Counted from the stretch's first letter, positions 22,033-31,840 are shown. The stretch: DNA of 64,000 bases from Promethearchaeia archaeon (GCA_029856125.1 JAHQWJ010000080.1:90576-154575), one strand, 5' to 3'. A program made the numbers and translations. The notes: generated by a model from the letters alone, not told the origin.

Positions 22033-24399
22033 TTACTTCTTAAACTTCCTTTTGGTAAGGATTAGAGTTACTGCCAAAGTTACTCCAATAAGAGCGATTA
22101 TATTAAATCCGGGGATTTCTGGTTGAGAAGGAATACTTTTTATAACAATTACTTCTTTGCTCCCAATATTACCGGCTCCATCTTCAGCGTTAAAAGTAAT
22201 AGAAATCTCTCCCTGAGGAACACTATCCCAACCCCCTTGATCTATTGTACCGTTTAAACTAGTAAATGTAAAACTTCCTGCAACTCCTTCTATTGTGTAC
22301 CAAGTAGAGACTAAATTCTCTTCAATAATTGAAATATTAAACTCTGGGGATGTGCTTCCGAATGTAACATCTTGAATTGGGGAGTTTATTACGATATTTG
22401 GAGCAATTAAATCTTTCAAAATATCGACATCCTTGAAACCAACATATCCTAAAGAGTCGTTAGCGTAAAATCTCAAAGTAATTATCTCAGTTCCTTTAGT
22501 CTCCCATACTATCTGATTCAGAGTTCCAGTTAATCCCGAAGAAGTATAATTTGTTAATCCTCCATCTATTGTATACCAAGTAGCATTTATTGGAGAAAGA
22601 TCATTAACAGTAATATTAAAATCAGGGGCACTAAATCCGATTACTTCGTTCAAAGTTGGTGAATTAATTGTAATCTGTGGTGTATCATAAGATTTCATCA
22701 CTTGTACAGTTTCAGAGCCAATGAATCCTCTTGAATCGTTCACATAAAAGGTTAAATCTATTTGTCCAACCCCCGCTTCATTCCATTCTATTGAATCGAT
22801 TACACCGCTCAACCCGATAAAGGTAATATTAGTATTACCGTTATCAAATGTATACCAGGAGCTATTTATCATTCCTCTACTTACTGAAATACTAAAACTG
22901 GGACTTGATTCAAATGTATCGTCTTGATTTGGAGAGTTAATCAATATCTGCGGTGAATCCCACCAAATTGGCAAAAAATCGTAATCTCCCGAATGAACAT
23001 TAAATGGTGTATCACCAATTCCATCCTCGTTCGCATCCACACCTGAATAAGATGACCAGTAATTTCCAATAGAAGAACTATTCCATTCATTAAATCCACC
23101 CGAGTCTCTTCCCGGGGAAAGTGATGCATAAATAAAATAATTTGCAAAAATCAAATTATTATTTCCAGTAACATAAATTTCAGAGCCATAAGGACCACCT
23201 GCATCATCCTTAAAAATATTATGTGAAATATTGTTAAAACTTGATGAACCCATGGTAATTCCGTATGCTCCATTATGATGAACTTCATTATTTGAAATGT
23301 TGTTATAATTTGATGAACCAAGACCGACTCCAGTGCCCCCATTATTATGAATTATATTATTTAATACCTTGTTATAGTTTGTAGTTGCGACCCCACCATT
23401 TAGGAAAAAACCAGAACCAGCATTAAAACTAATTGTATTATTCAAGAACATTACATAGCTACTACTGGCAATAGTCACACCAGTATTATCATTATATGAT
23501 ACGGTGTTACCTATCATTACACTATAATCACACCGTACCAAATTAAATGCGTAAAGTTCCCCGTAATTTATGGTATTATTTACAATTTTAACATAATCAG
23601 AATCTAATACGTACAATCCAATTCCTCCGTCTCTACTCTCAATAATCGTATTTCTAAAGATTTTCGAATCGGCGCCATCGTCTATCCTTATGCCATACAA
23701 ATTTTCTTTTAGTAAATTGTCAGTAATAGTATGATTAACACCTTTAAGGTCCATTCCATAAGTATTTGATATCATTGTATTATTATAAATTGTAATATTT
23801 TTAGTAGGATTGATAGATGATATAGATTGTACTGCATGATTTCCATTCTTTATAATATTTTTAGAAACGGTATTGTAGAAACTATTCGCATAAAAATATA
23901 TACCAATATTAAAATAACCAAGAATGGTATTATTTAGAATTAGGTTGTTATCTGAATTATCTAACCGCACGCCGTGCCAATTATCGTATAGTGTGTTATT
24001 CTCAATTGTTCCGTTCCCAACACCTATCAAACTGATACCTGCATTTCCAAAGCTACTTCCTGTATTCCAAATTGTACAATTTCTGATTTCAAAATATACA
24101 TCAGAATTTTGTATAATAATACCGCTTCCTGAGCCTCCCGCATCAATGATCAAATCGCTTATAATGTATGGGGAGATGGAAATTCCCGCTCCAGTGCAGT
24201 TTCCTTCAGCGTAAAAGGATGCCCAACCAGTATTACCAATTATTTGAAACGGCGGTGAAATTTTACTATTTTTTGGATATTTAACCATCATAGTATCTGA
24301 ATTAAATTTATCACTTAATTGCAAATTGAACGTCAAACTTAAGCTTAGAAATATTATGAAAGCAAAAATTAAGTAATGATTGTGATTCTCTCTTCTCAT
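22033..24399 (-). CDS. Cell-surface parallel beta-helix (NosD/CASH) protein with Ig-like repeats and IPGF-TM (Loki-CTERM-like) anchor
   Basis: Signal peptide, Asn-rich PbH1 repeats, 'GNYWSSY..D...DGIGDTP', three 'PxIxINSP...WYT..G...D..G' repeats, C-terminal 'EIPGF-TM-KRKFKK'. Confidence 0.85.
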   Translation of the reverse strand: MRRENHNHYLIFAFIIFLSLSLTFNLQLSDKFNSDTMMVKYPKNSKISPPFQIIGNTGWASFYAEGNCTGAGISISPYIISDLIIDAGGSGSGIIIQNSDVYFEIRNCTIWNTGSSFGNAGISLIGVGNGTIENNTLYDNWHGVRLDNSDNNLILNNTILGYFNIGIYFYANSFYNTVSKNIIKNGNHAVQSISSINPTKNITIYNNTMISNTYGMDLKGVNHTITDNLLKENLYGIRIDDGADSKIFRNTIIESRDGGIGLYVLDSDYVKIVNNTINYGELYAFNLVRCDYSVMIGNTVSYNDNTGVTIASSSYVMFLNNTISFNAGSGFFLNGGVATTNYNKVLNNIIHNNGGTGVGLGSSNYNNISNNEVHHNGAYGITMGSSSFNNISHNIFKDDAGGPYGSEIYVTGNNNLIFANYFIYASLSPGRDSGGFNEWNSSSIGNYWSSYSGVDANEDGIGDTPFNVHSGDYDFLPIWWDSPQILINSPNQDDTFESSPSFSISVSRGMINSSWYTFDNGNTNITFIGLSGVIDSIEWNEAGVGQIDLTFYVNDSRGFIGSETVQVMKSYDTPQITINSPTLNEVIGFSAPDFNITVNDLSPINATWYTIDGGLTNYTSSGLTGTLNQIVWETKGTEIITLRFYANDSLGYVGFKDVDILKDLIAPNIVINSPIQDVTFGSTSPEFNISIIEENLVSTWYTIEGVAGSFTFTSLNGTIDQGGWDSVPQGEISITFNAEDGAGNIGSKEVIVIKSIPSQPEIPGFNIIALIGVTLAVTLILTKRKFKK

Positions 24400-24572
24400 T
24401 TTAATCCTCTGGACTTTTAGTTATTGTTGTTAGCTTCACTTTTAAAATCTGTGGTTTTAATGAAATATTTAAAATTTACTAAATACACCGCATTACTTTT
24501 TAAAACTTTTACGAAAATACATCAATTATTATCGTTCCCCCTCCAGAAATTTCTCACATAACAAAATTTAAC

Positions 24573-24587
24573 ATCCCTCTTCCCGCA
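24573..24587 (+). repeat. 3'-terminal 15-nt fragment of tRNA-Leu (att-like)
   Basis: ATCCCTCTTCCCGCA is identical to the 3' end of tRNA copies 2 and 3, and is followed by the same downstream spacer as copy 1. Confidence 0.85.
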
Positions 24588-24703
24588 TTTAATTTATTGA
24601 ATTTCAGATAATTTTTTATTTATGTTAGACTCTTTCGCTAAGTGTTTGTGATCAATAAAAGTAAGAAAAAATAGAAATTGAAAGTTAAAAAGGTATTTAC
24701 TTC

Positions 24704-25372
24704 CTAGCTTCCTTCTTGATGACCATCTATCTCGTTTTTACTGATATCTTTACTTTCTATCTCATCTAAGTTTTTCCTAACGGTAATCATACTCTCATCT
24801 AAATCATCAGCAATATCTTGGATAGTTCTGCCTAAATCGTAATACTGTGTTTTTATCCATTCCAGTTTTCCCTCGTGAGTATTTCCTATAATTAACTGCG
24901 TTTTCTTCAAACTTACTTTTCTTGCTTTACTAGACAGCAGTTCGTCATTTAAATCTTGCAATTTTTCTGATCTTCTAGTTTTTAGCATTTTTGAAGATTT
25001 AAGATTTTCTGATCTTTTAACTTCTATTTTTCGTTCTAAATCTTCCAATTTATCTAACGCTTCGGATCTAATTGTGTTCTCGGCTCCACACTTGGCGCAG
25101 ATTTTTTCTTCCATTTTAATTAACGCTCCACACGCCGTACAGTTAATGATCTTCTTGTACAATATATTCCTGCGTCTACTGATGATTACCGCTACACCCA
25201 CTATTCCAAATATTAAAAAATAAATAATTGTCACAATTGTAACTATAACTATTAAATCCTCTATAGTACCTCCTGTTAAGTATAAAATACCATCTAATCC
25301 CCATATAAGAAAGAATAACCCTGCTGCTAAAAATAATAAACCTCTCAATATGAGCTTAAATTCTGGTTTCAT
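24704..25372 (-). CDS. 2-TM + Zn-ribbon + HTH protein, paralog B
   Basis: Paralog of 20968-21651 with near-identical termini and a divergent TM2. Confidence 0.75.
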   Translation of the reverse strand: MKPEFKLILRGLLFLAAGLFFLIWGLDGILYLTGGTIEDLIVIVTIVTIIYFLIFGIVGVAVIISRRRNILYKKIINCTACGALIKMEEKICAKCGAENTIRSEALDKLEDLERKIEVKRSENLKSSKMLKTRRSEKLQDLNDELLSSKARKVSLKKTQLIIGNTHEGKLEWIKTQYYDLGRTIQDIADDLDESMITVRKNLDEIESKDISKNEIDGHQEGS

Positions 25373-25574
25373 TCTATTTAGCGCCCCATTTAATTTAAGT
25401 CATTTTGCAATAATAAACCCCTATTACTTAAAAAGTTCGTTATCAGCGCCATAGATAGTATTAAATTCTGAATCTTTAGCAGAGTCAACTTGTTTGAGTT
25501 TGAGTTGATTTCTAATAATTCTCAATCTTTCCAACTTTAAATACTAAATCAATTACAATATTTGTTATCTTAAT

Positions 25575-25659
25575 GCGGGAATTGCCAAGTCTGGTCTACG
25601 GCGCTGGACTTAGAATCCAGTCTCAGAGGAGTTCGAGGGTTCAAATCCCTCTTCCCGCA
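25575..25659 (+). tRNA. tRNA-Leu(TAG) copy 3
   Basis: Same sequence as copy 2. Confidence 0.95.
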
Positions 25660-25820
25660 TTTAATTCACGATGATAAACATAGTATATTTTTAATAAGGT
25701 AATCATTTCTAATTCTATTATAAAAAAATTTAAAATCTAACAATAATTAGAAAGTTATATTTAGAATCGTTTTTATTCAATTCTAAGAATCAGTTTGATA
25801 TAAATTTAAAATATTAGTAA

Positions 25821-25922
25821 GCTCTCGTAGTGTAGTCCGGCCAATCTTTCCTAAAAGGAAAGGGCTTGGCATGCTAGGCTTTCACCCTGGTGACCCGGGT
25901 TCGAATCCCGGCGAGAGCACCA
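25821..25922 (+). tRNA. tRNA-Glu(TTC) with 24-nt BHB intron at 21/22 (25845-25868); CCA encoded
   Basis: GCTCTCG/CGAGAGC acceptor, CT-TTC-AC loop, GGCC/GGCT BHB helix. Confidence 0.92.
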
Positions 25923-25958
25923 CTAGAAATTAGTGTAAAGCATTGGAAAATTACCAAA

Positions 25959-26066
25959 GCCTCGATAGCTCAGCTAGGTAGAGCACCCGGCTGTTAACCG
26001 GGCGGTCGCATGTTCGATTTCCCATCGAAAAATCCTCTTCGTGGGACGAAAACCATGCTCGGGGCG
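25959..26066 (+). tRNA. tRNA-Asn(GTT) with 34-nt BHB intron in the T-loop at 59/60 (26019-26052)
   Basis: CCCGG-CTGTTAA-CCGGG anticodon arm; TTCG/CGAA central helix with 3-nt bulges; spliced T-loop is TTCGATC. Confidence 0.9.
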
Positions 26067-26162
26067 TACTTCCTTATCTTTTTTAGAGACATAGCCCTTT
26101 CCAATCTCTAATTTCAACGGGGGCTTTAATTAGTTTTCTTTATTTTATTTCGGGAAGAGAAT

Positions 26163-27086
26163 TTATTTGTATATATATGGATAATTCTTTTTTGATTCTT
26201 CTTTTCCTTTTTCCGTTAAGAGTATTGTTCTATTATTGTGTTCACCGTCTATTGAGATCAATCCCTTTGCAATTAACTTCTGAATATTTTTTCTAGTATT
26301 TCGTGTATTTACTCCTACATTTTCAGCTAGAATTTTAGTCTGCACCCTTTTTCCCTCATCTATAAGTTTATTAATTTGATATAGATATTTCTTCCATGCT
26401 TCTCTATAAGCAGTTTTATATTCTCTACTCTCTTGCAAGTCTTTTGTTTGAAGTTTGATTTCTAATTCTTGGGCAATTTTCAATACTTTCTTATATAAAT
26501 TTTTCTGAGTTTTAAATTTATAATTTTTTAAATATTCCAATTCCCTTATGATTAAATGTAAAATTTGAATAATTCTTGAGTTATATTCCGCTATTGGCGT
26601 TCCTTCTAAGTTTAAGTATTCATCAATTTTGAATTCTAATATACTTTTATTAGATTTTAAATTTTTAATATGATAAGAGACGAATTTAATTTTGTTGATT
26701 TCAAAATCAATATCAAGTTCATAAGATATTTCGAAATCAGTAGCAATGAATTCTTCTTCCTCCTCCAAAAATTCGCTATCATCCTCAACATAAAATATAT
26801 ATTTACGTAATTTAGAGATAATAAAATTAATACTTAATTTTTTAGAATTATATCTATAAGAAATGTCTTTGTAGGCTCCCAAATTTATAGTATTTCAATT
26901 CAATAAAAGAGGTGCTTTTAGGTTCGATGTAACCGTCTGTTTTAATAATAGTAAAAATCTAAATAAATTACTCTTTCCACTATTATTTGGTCCCAAAATT
27001 ATGTTTATTTTTTTAAAATTGAAATTCAATTCTTTGAATGATTTAAAATTCATTACTGAGAGTTTTTTAATTTGCATTACAACCAC
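26163..27086 (-). pseudogene. Disrupted AAA_15/OLD-like ATPase N-terminus fused to a wHTH; single in-frame TGA at 26895-26897
   Basis: 'NFKSFKE...INIILGPNNSGKS' ORF continues in frame across TGA as 'PLLLN*NTINLGAYKDI'; no Walker B or ABC signature found downstream. Confidence 0.7.
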
Positions 27087-27312
27087 AGTTAGATTTCTTA
27101 AAATAATAAGATCGACTTATGTATTAAAATCATCTATTCCTTTAAATTTAAACTCATTTATGAAGACTTTGGATGTATTATTGCTTATGAAGATAAAAAC
27201 TCTCTAAGAATTTTTTGATTATTTTCTATTAACAAAATTAACTTGATTTATTTAATAAACTGTTGAATACAATATACCGAAAAATTCACTAAAAATGAGA
27301 ATTAAGTTAAAC

Positions 27313-27837
27313 CTAAGTTTGGTTTGCGTAAAAAATGAGCCATTTTGCTATAGCTTGAAACGATTCGTTGACGTTTATATTTTCTTTAGATGAGGTGAAA
27401 ACGCATTGATTGCATTTAGCTTTTTGAGCGTAATCGTTTGCTATTTCGAAGTCAACTTCGTGATTAGGCAGGTCCCACTTCATCCCCATTAGTATAATTG
27501 GCACAAAACCTGCTTTTTGGCGAATTATTTTCAACCATATTGGGATGTCTCTAAATGTGTCGTAATCCGTGATATCAAAACAAATTAGACCACCGCTTGC
27601 GCCTTTACAATAGTCTGGTAAAAGCTCTCGGAATCTTTTTTCTCCGGCAAAATCCCATAATTGCATTTTTACGGATTCGCCTGTGTCTAGTATTTCTGCC
27701 TTAGTATGAAACCCAGCGCCTATCGTCATTTTATAACCGTCTTCAAATTTACCCGTGCAATATCGAGTCACCATTGCGGTTTTTCCTACTCCGCCGGCTC
27801 CAGCAACGATCACCTTAAAAATCCATGAACTCATCAT
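27313..27837 (-). CDS. Rab-like small GTPase
   Basis: 'FKVIVAGAGGVGKT', 'YKMTIG', 'QLWDFAGEKRF', 'FDIT', 'TSSK...NV'; no C-terminal prenylation motif. Confidence 0.92.
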   Translation of the reverse strand: MMSSWIFKVIVAGAGGVGKTAMVTRYCTGKFEDGYKMTIGAGFHTKAEILDTGESVKMQLWDFAGEKRFRELLPDYCKGASGGLICFDITDYDTFRDIPIWLKIIRQKAGFVPIILMGMKWDLPNHEVDFEIANDYAQKAKCNQCVFTSSKENINVNESFQAIAKWLIFYANQT

Positions 27838-28044
27838 TTTTTATAGCATAAATCGTTTATTTTGAATCCTAAAAAGAATTTGTTTGTTTAACAATTTTAA
27901 TCGCAATTACATTTTGTATAAAACTTCACATTTTTAAAATTATTTAAAACTAAAATAAAAAAAGGTTTTTATAAGATTTAGGTCTATTATTTTTTAGTAT
28001 TGTTTTTTTATATGTTTTAATAATAAAGGTTGTGAAAAAAGAGT

Positions 28045-28386
28045 ATTAAAGACGACGATATTTGTGCGATATGTAGTTTTCCGAAAGACCTATGTATATG
28101 CGATAGTTTAAGCGCAGATGAACAACAAATTATTATTTCTAACGATCGACGTAAATGGGGGAAGATAGTTTCAGTAATCACATTCGAAGGGAACATAGAT
28201 GCGAATTTAAAAGATATTCTTACGAAAGCTAAGAAAAAATGTGCTTCTGGGGGGGTTCTGAGAGGTAAAGGAATCGAACTTCAAGGTGAGCACAAATTCA
28301 AACTGAAAAAATTTCTAATAGATTTAGGATTCCCCGAGGAAAATATTATCATTCAAGATCGTATGATAAGGAAACGGCGATATTAA
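28045..28386 (+). CDS. sui1: Translation initiation factor aIF1/SUI1 (no canonical start; ATT proposed; not in ORF track)
   Basis: Frame reads IKDDDICAICSFPKDLCICD...RRKWGKIVSVI...KKKCASGG...IELQGEH...LIDLGF, the SUI1 signature with the archaeal Zn knuckle. Confidence 0.9.
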   Translation: MKDDDICAICSFPKDLCICDSLSADEQQIIISNDRRKWGKIVSVITFEGNIDANLKDILTKAKKKCASGGVLRGKGIELQGEHKFKLKKFLIDLGFPEENIIIQDRMIRKRRY

Positions 28387-28454
28387 CGATACTTTAAAAG
28401 TTAGACGTTCATTTGCTTTTTTTTTAATTTTCGTAATTTCAAAAAAAAATAAAA

Positions 28455-28907
28455 TTGGATTCAATGAGTTCGATCTTTTACCAGGTTATTTTTGAAGGTG
28501 TTAAAGAGGATTCGAGCGATTCGTACTCGCTAACCTTTAAAGACATATTTAGTGACAATCAAATTCAAATTTCTTCTCAATTTTTTACCACTTTGAGAGT
28601 TTCGAGTCAGAAAGAGTCTAATGTAGTCCATTTTCAAAATATAAAAGAGGTAATAAAAATTGGGAATCCTTCCAGTAAAATCGAGATCAATTATTATATC
28701 GCTATTCTCTATACAAATTTGAATGATGGAAAGAAAGAAGGCTTTTTAGTAGGAAATGTAAAAAATATGGGAGATATGTTGATAGGTGAGTGGCCATATA
28801 ATGAAGAAAATGTGTCCAATTCAGAAGATCTCTATTTACAAAAATTGGATTTGCTTACAAATAGTAGTAAATTTGATAACATTTGTGTAATTTATCCTTT
28901 GAAATAA
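28455..28907 (+). CDS. Hypothetical protein
   Basis: 150 aa ORF co-oriented after sui1. Confidence 0.6.
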   Translation: MDSMSSIFYQVIFEGVKEDSSDSYSLTFKDIFSDNQIQISSQFFTTLRVSSQKESNVVHFQNIKEVIKIGNPSSKIEINYYIAILYTNLNDGKKEGFLVGNVKNMGDMLIGEWPYNEENVSNSEDLYLQKLDLLTNSSKFDNICVIYPLK

Positions 28908-28926
28908 AGAAATAGGATAATAAAGG

Positions 28927-29862
28927 TTAGAAGAAATTATCTTCTTTCTCTTTTAGAAAATTAAAAATTTCTTGATAGTTCGGCATTCCAGTTCTTGCAC
29001 CTAATTTTTGTATTTTTAATGAGGCTGCTGCGTTGGCAAACCTACAGGATTTTTCTAAATCCCAACCTTTAATCCAATAAGCCAAAGAAAATGCACCATT
29101 AAACGTATCTCCAGCACCAGTAGTGTCAATTATATTGTCTATATTATATGTTGGTATCCTTTTTTGAAAATCTTTGGTTGTTATTAATACGCCATTACTT
29201 CCTAATGTAATAATTACAATAGGTATCCCTTTTTTCACTAAAATTTCAGCCGCTTTTTCAGGTTTATTACTATTTGTTATTGATTTTGCTCCCTCTTTAT
29301 TTGGAAGTACTACATCAGCTTTTAAAAGCACATTTTTTATGTTATTCCATCCTCTTAGGGCAATTTGGGATTCTAAATCTATACTAATTTTAACATTATT
29401 TTTTTTTGCAATTTCGAGGGCTTTTTCGGTCACTTTTTGATGAATAATTGTAGTGTGTAAGAGTTTAGAATCTGCTATGTAAGATTCACTTATATCATTG
29501 GGTTCTATTTTAGTTGTATACATGTGAGGAGACTGAATTATTGTCTTTTCTCCTTTAGCTACAAATATGAAATTAACAGGAGTTTTTTTGTTCGTTATTT
29601 TCTTAAGATACGTTGTATCTACATTTTCTTTGATAAAATCATCAATTAAGAGCTCACCGTATGAATCATCTCCAACTGCACCTATAAACCCGCTAAAACC
29701 GCCTAATCTAGCAACCGCTACCAAATAATTTGCGGTAACTCCCCCGGAGAAATAATTCTCACTTAACGCATCAATCTTCTCATCCGGTTTTGGAAAATGG
29801 GGTACTTCAGCAACCCAATCTAGAACTACTTCTCCTAATCCAACAATATTTATGTGTTTCAT
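28927..29862 (-). CDS. PfkB-family carbohydrate kinase
   Basis: 'GG..AN...ARLG', 'DTTGAGDTFNGAF'. Confidence 0.92.
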   Translation of the reverse strand: MKHINIVGLGEVVLDWVAEVPHFPKPDEKIDALSENYFSGGVTANYLVAVARLGGFSGFIGAVGDDSYGELLIDDFIKENVDTTYLKKITNKKTPVNFIFVAKGEKTIIQSPHMYTTKIEPNDISESYIADSKLLHTTIIHQKVTEKALEIAKKNNVKISIDLESQIALRGWNNIKNVLLKADVVLPNKEGAKSITNSNKPEKAAEILVKKGIPIVIITLGSNGVLITTKDFQKRIPTYNIDNIIDTTGAGDTFNGAFSLAYWIKGWDLEKSCRFANAAASLKIQKLGARTGMPNYQEIFNFLKEKEDNFF

Positions 29863-29951
29863 AGTTCTTTTTAATATGTTAGAATCTTTTATCTAATTAT
29901 AATATAGGGGACTAGAAACAAAAAGATGTAGATGGTTTTATTGTTATGATA

Positions 29952-31667
29952 TTAAGTCATAATTTCTTTTATTCGATTCGCTAAATCATCATCAACATTA
30001 ATGTCTTGAAAGTTTGAAGCCACTATTTCATAAGCGTCACTATAATCATTAAATTTTACTCGACCTTTAATCATAATGTCTCTACCAATGATACTAGAAG
30101 ATAACTTTTTCAACAATTTTTCATAATCGGGAGTGTCTTTAACCTTTACAATTAGCTCTGCTTTTTCTCCAACTAATTTCTCGGCTGCTTCTCCAATAAA
30201 TGTCGCTCTAATTTTTCCACTCTCATCTTCAAGAATATGACTAGTAATCATTGTGAGTTTTTTATCGCCTGCTTTATCACATGTACAATTATCTATTTTT
30301 TTTCTACATTCGGAACAAGCTTCGTAAAATCTGATATTTTTTAATTCATTAGATAACACACCTTTAATTTCAAAAAAACCAGAGCTTTGAATAGTGTTAA
30401 TATCTGTAAAATTTCCTGAAAAATTATTTTGTTTGAAATTTTTCGATGGTTCTGATACTTTAATATTTTCAATCTTTAAATCTATTTTTTCTATACTTGA
30501 GTCATTGGCAATAGTTACTTCGTTTTTCTGCGAATAATTATTAAATCTCAGTTCAACATCTTTCAACAAAACACCGTCTCCGTTCTTTAGGGAGTTTGAA
30601 AGTTCATCTGCTCTATCCCGCCAGGCTGTAACCCTTATAGCATCAGTAGTATCACTCACATTGAACCCTAATAATGAAATGTCCTCGCCAGATTTTAAAG
30701 TTATTTTTCTTAAGTCATCTATTGCAGAAATTATTCCTTGAAAAGATATGTAACCTTTTTGGTTTTGAAGTGTATCGATAGTATCAATTACTTTTTCCTC
30801 AAACTTTACAGCTTTGTCTTTTTTCGTAATTTGTGTCCATGAAGTAGCGTGTAAATCTATTTGCCCTTCAGTATAATTACTTTTTCTAGGATTTAAGCTA
30901 CTGAGAGAAATGAAATCACCTATTTCAATGTTTTCTATTTTATTGATATCCTCGTTCCAAAAACTTATTCTAGTTTTACCTGATGAATCTCGGACAGATA
31001 ACGAGCTCACTCTTCCATTTTTCCCGTCCTTCCGAGTGAATTCGCGAACCGGGGAACGATTCATTACTTTTCCTTCAATTGATAGAGATCCTAATTTTTC
31101 GCTAATCTCATTTATTAGTTTAAATTCTTCCTTTATTTTTGGGTATTTTTTATAATCAACATCCTCAGGGGCTAAAATTATTTTACTAAATCTTCCAATG
31201 TGAATCTCTATTCCCCCATATCTTCCCTGTTTTGCATTACCATTCAAAATTTTAACGATTTCATTTTTCTCAAATCGTTCATCTTTAAAAACATTTACCT
31301 GATCGTCCCATAATACAATTCGAATATCTCCTGTATTATCATTTAATTTGAAAGCTCCCACATATCCGACTTCTCCATTGTTCTTATTGAAACTACTAAG
31401 ATTGAAAATATCCTTAATCCTACCAACTAATACAATATTTTTCATGTTCAAGGTGATGTCAGAAATGTTTAATTCGATCTCATTCAAAAGCTCTTGATTT
31501 TCGCTTGAAACTTCTACTCCTAGTTCTTTAGCAATTACAAATAATGCCCCTTCGTCTGAAATTAAGCCCTTTAATTCCTCTTTTTTCTCTTCCACTAAAG
31601 TTTGTATCTCCTTTTTAGAAAGTCCAGTATCTTCAATAATTTTATTAATATACGCCTCAGTTTTCAT
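29952..31667 (-). CDS. rpa1: Replication protein A large subunit (multiple OB folds, Zn finger)
   Basis: N-terminal 'GLISDEGALFVIAKELGV', repeated 'D.TG.IR...W' OB motifs, 'CSEC...CTC'. Confidence 0.9.
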   Translation of the reverse strand: MKTEAYINKIIEDTGLSKKEIQTLVEEKKEELKGLISDEGALFVIAKELGVEVSSENQELLNEIELNISDITLNMKNIVLVGRIKDIFNLSSFNKNNGEVGYVGAFKLNDNTGDIRIVLWDDQVNVFKDERFEKNEIVKILNGNAKQGRYGGIEIHIGRFSKIILAPEDVDYKKYPKIKEEFKLINEISEKLGSLSIEGKVMNRSPVREFTRKDGKNGRVSSLSVRDSSGKTRISFWNEDINKIENIEIGDFISLSSLNPRKSNYTEGQIDLHATSWTQITKKDKAVKFEEKVIDTIDTLQNQKGYISFQGIISAIDDLRKITLKSGEDISLLGFNVSDTTDAIRVTAWRDRADELSNSLKNGDGVLLKDVELRFNNYSQKNEVTIANDSSIEKIDLKIENIKVSEPSKNFKQNNFSGNFTDINTIQSSGFFEIKGVLSNELKNIRFYEACSECRKKIDNCTCDKAGDKKLTMITSHILEDESGKIRATFIGEAAEKLVGEKAELIVKVKDTPDYEKLLKKLSSSIIGRDIMIKGRVKFNDYSDAYEIVASNFQDINVDDDLANRIKEIMT

Positions 31668-31840
31668 TTATCTCACTTTTTTGTTTAGTTTTCCTTATCC
31701 AAAGATAAAATTAGCATTTATACTTTAAAAATGAAATTATTTAATACTTAATTAATCACTATTTTTAAACAAAAAGAGTATATCATATTGGTAATTTGTT
31801 ATTGATAATTTAAATCAAATGTCATGTTTTTGTCGCAATT

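Larger units (their letters stand above)
24573..25664. repeat. About 1.09-kb direct repeat, copy 2
   Basis: Matches 20837-21927 at an offset of about 3736. Confidence 0.9.

Noticed and set aside
20968-25372. Diversity-generating retroelement explaining the variable paralogs
   Set aside because: No reverse transcriptase is present, the differences are not adenine-specific, and both copies are intact genes.
26895-26897. In-frame TGA as selenocysteine (Lokiarchaeia use Sec)
   Set aside because: The position corresponds to a Gly rather than a Cys-type site, and I see no convincing SECIS downstream. The hairpin at about 26093-26125 is too short and lacks a clear core.
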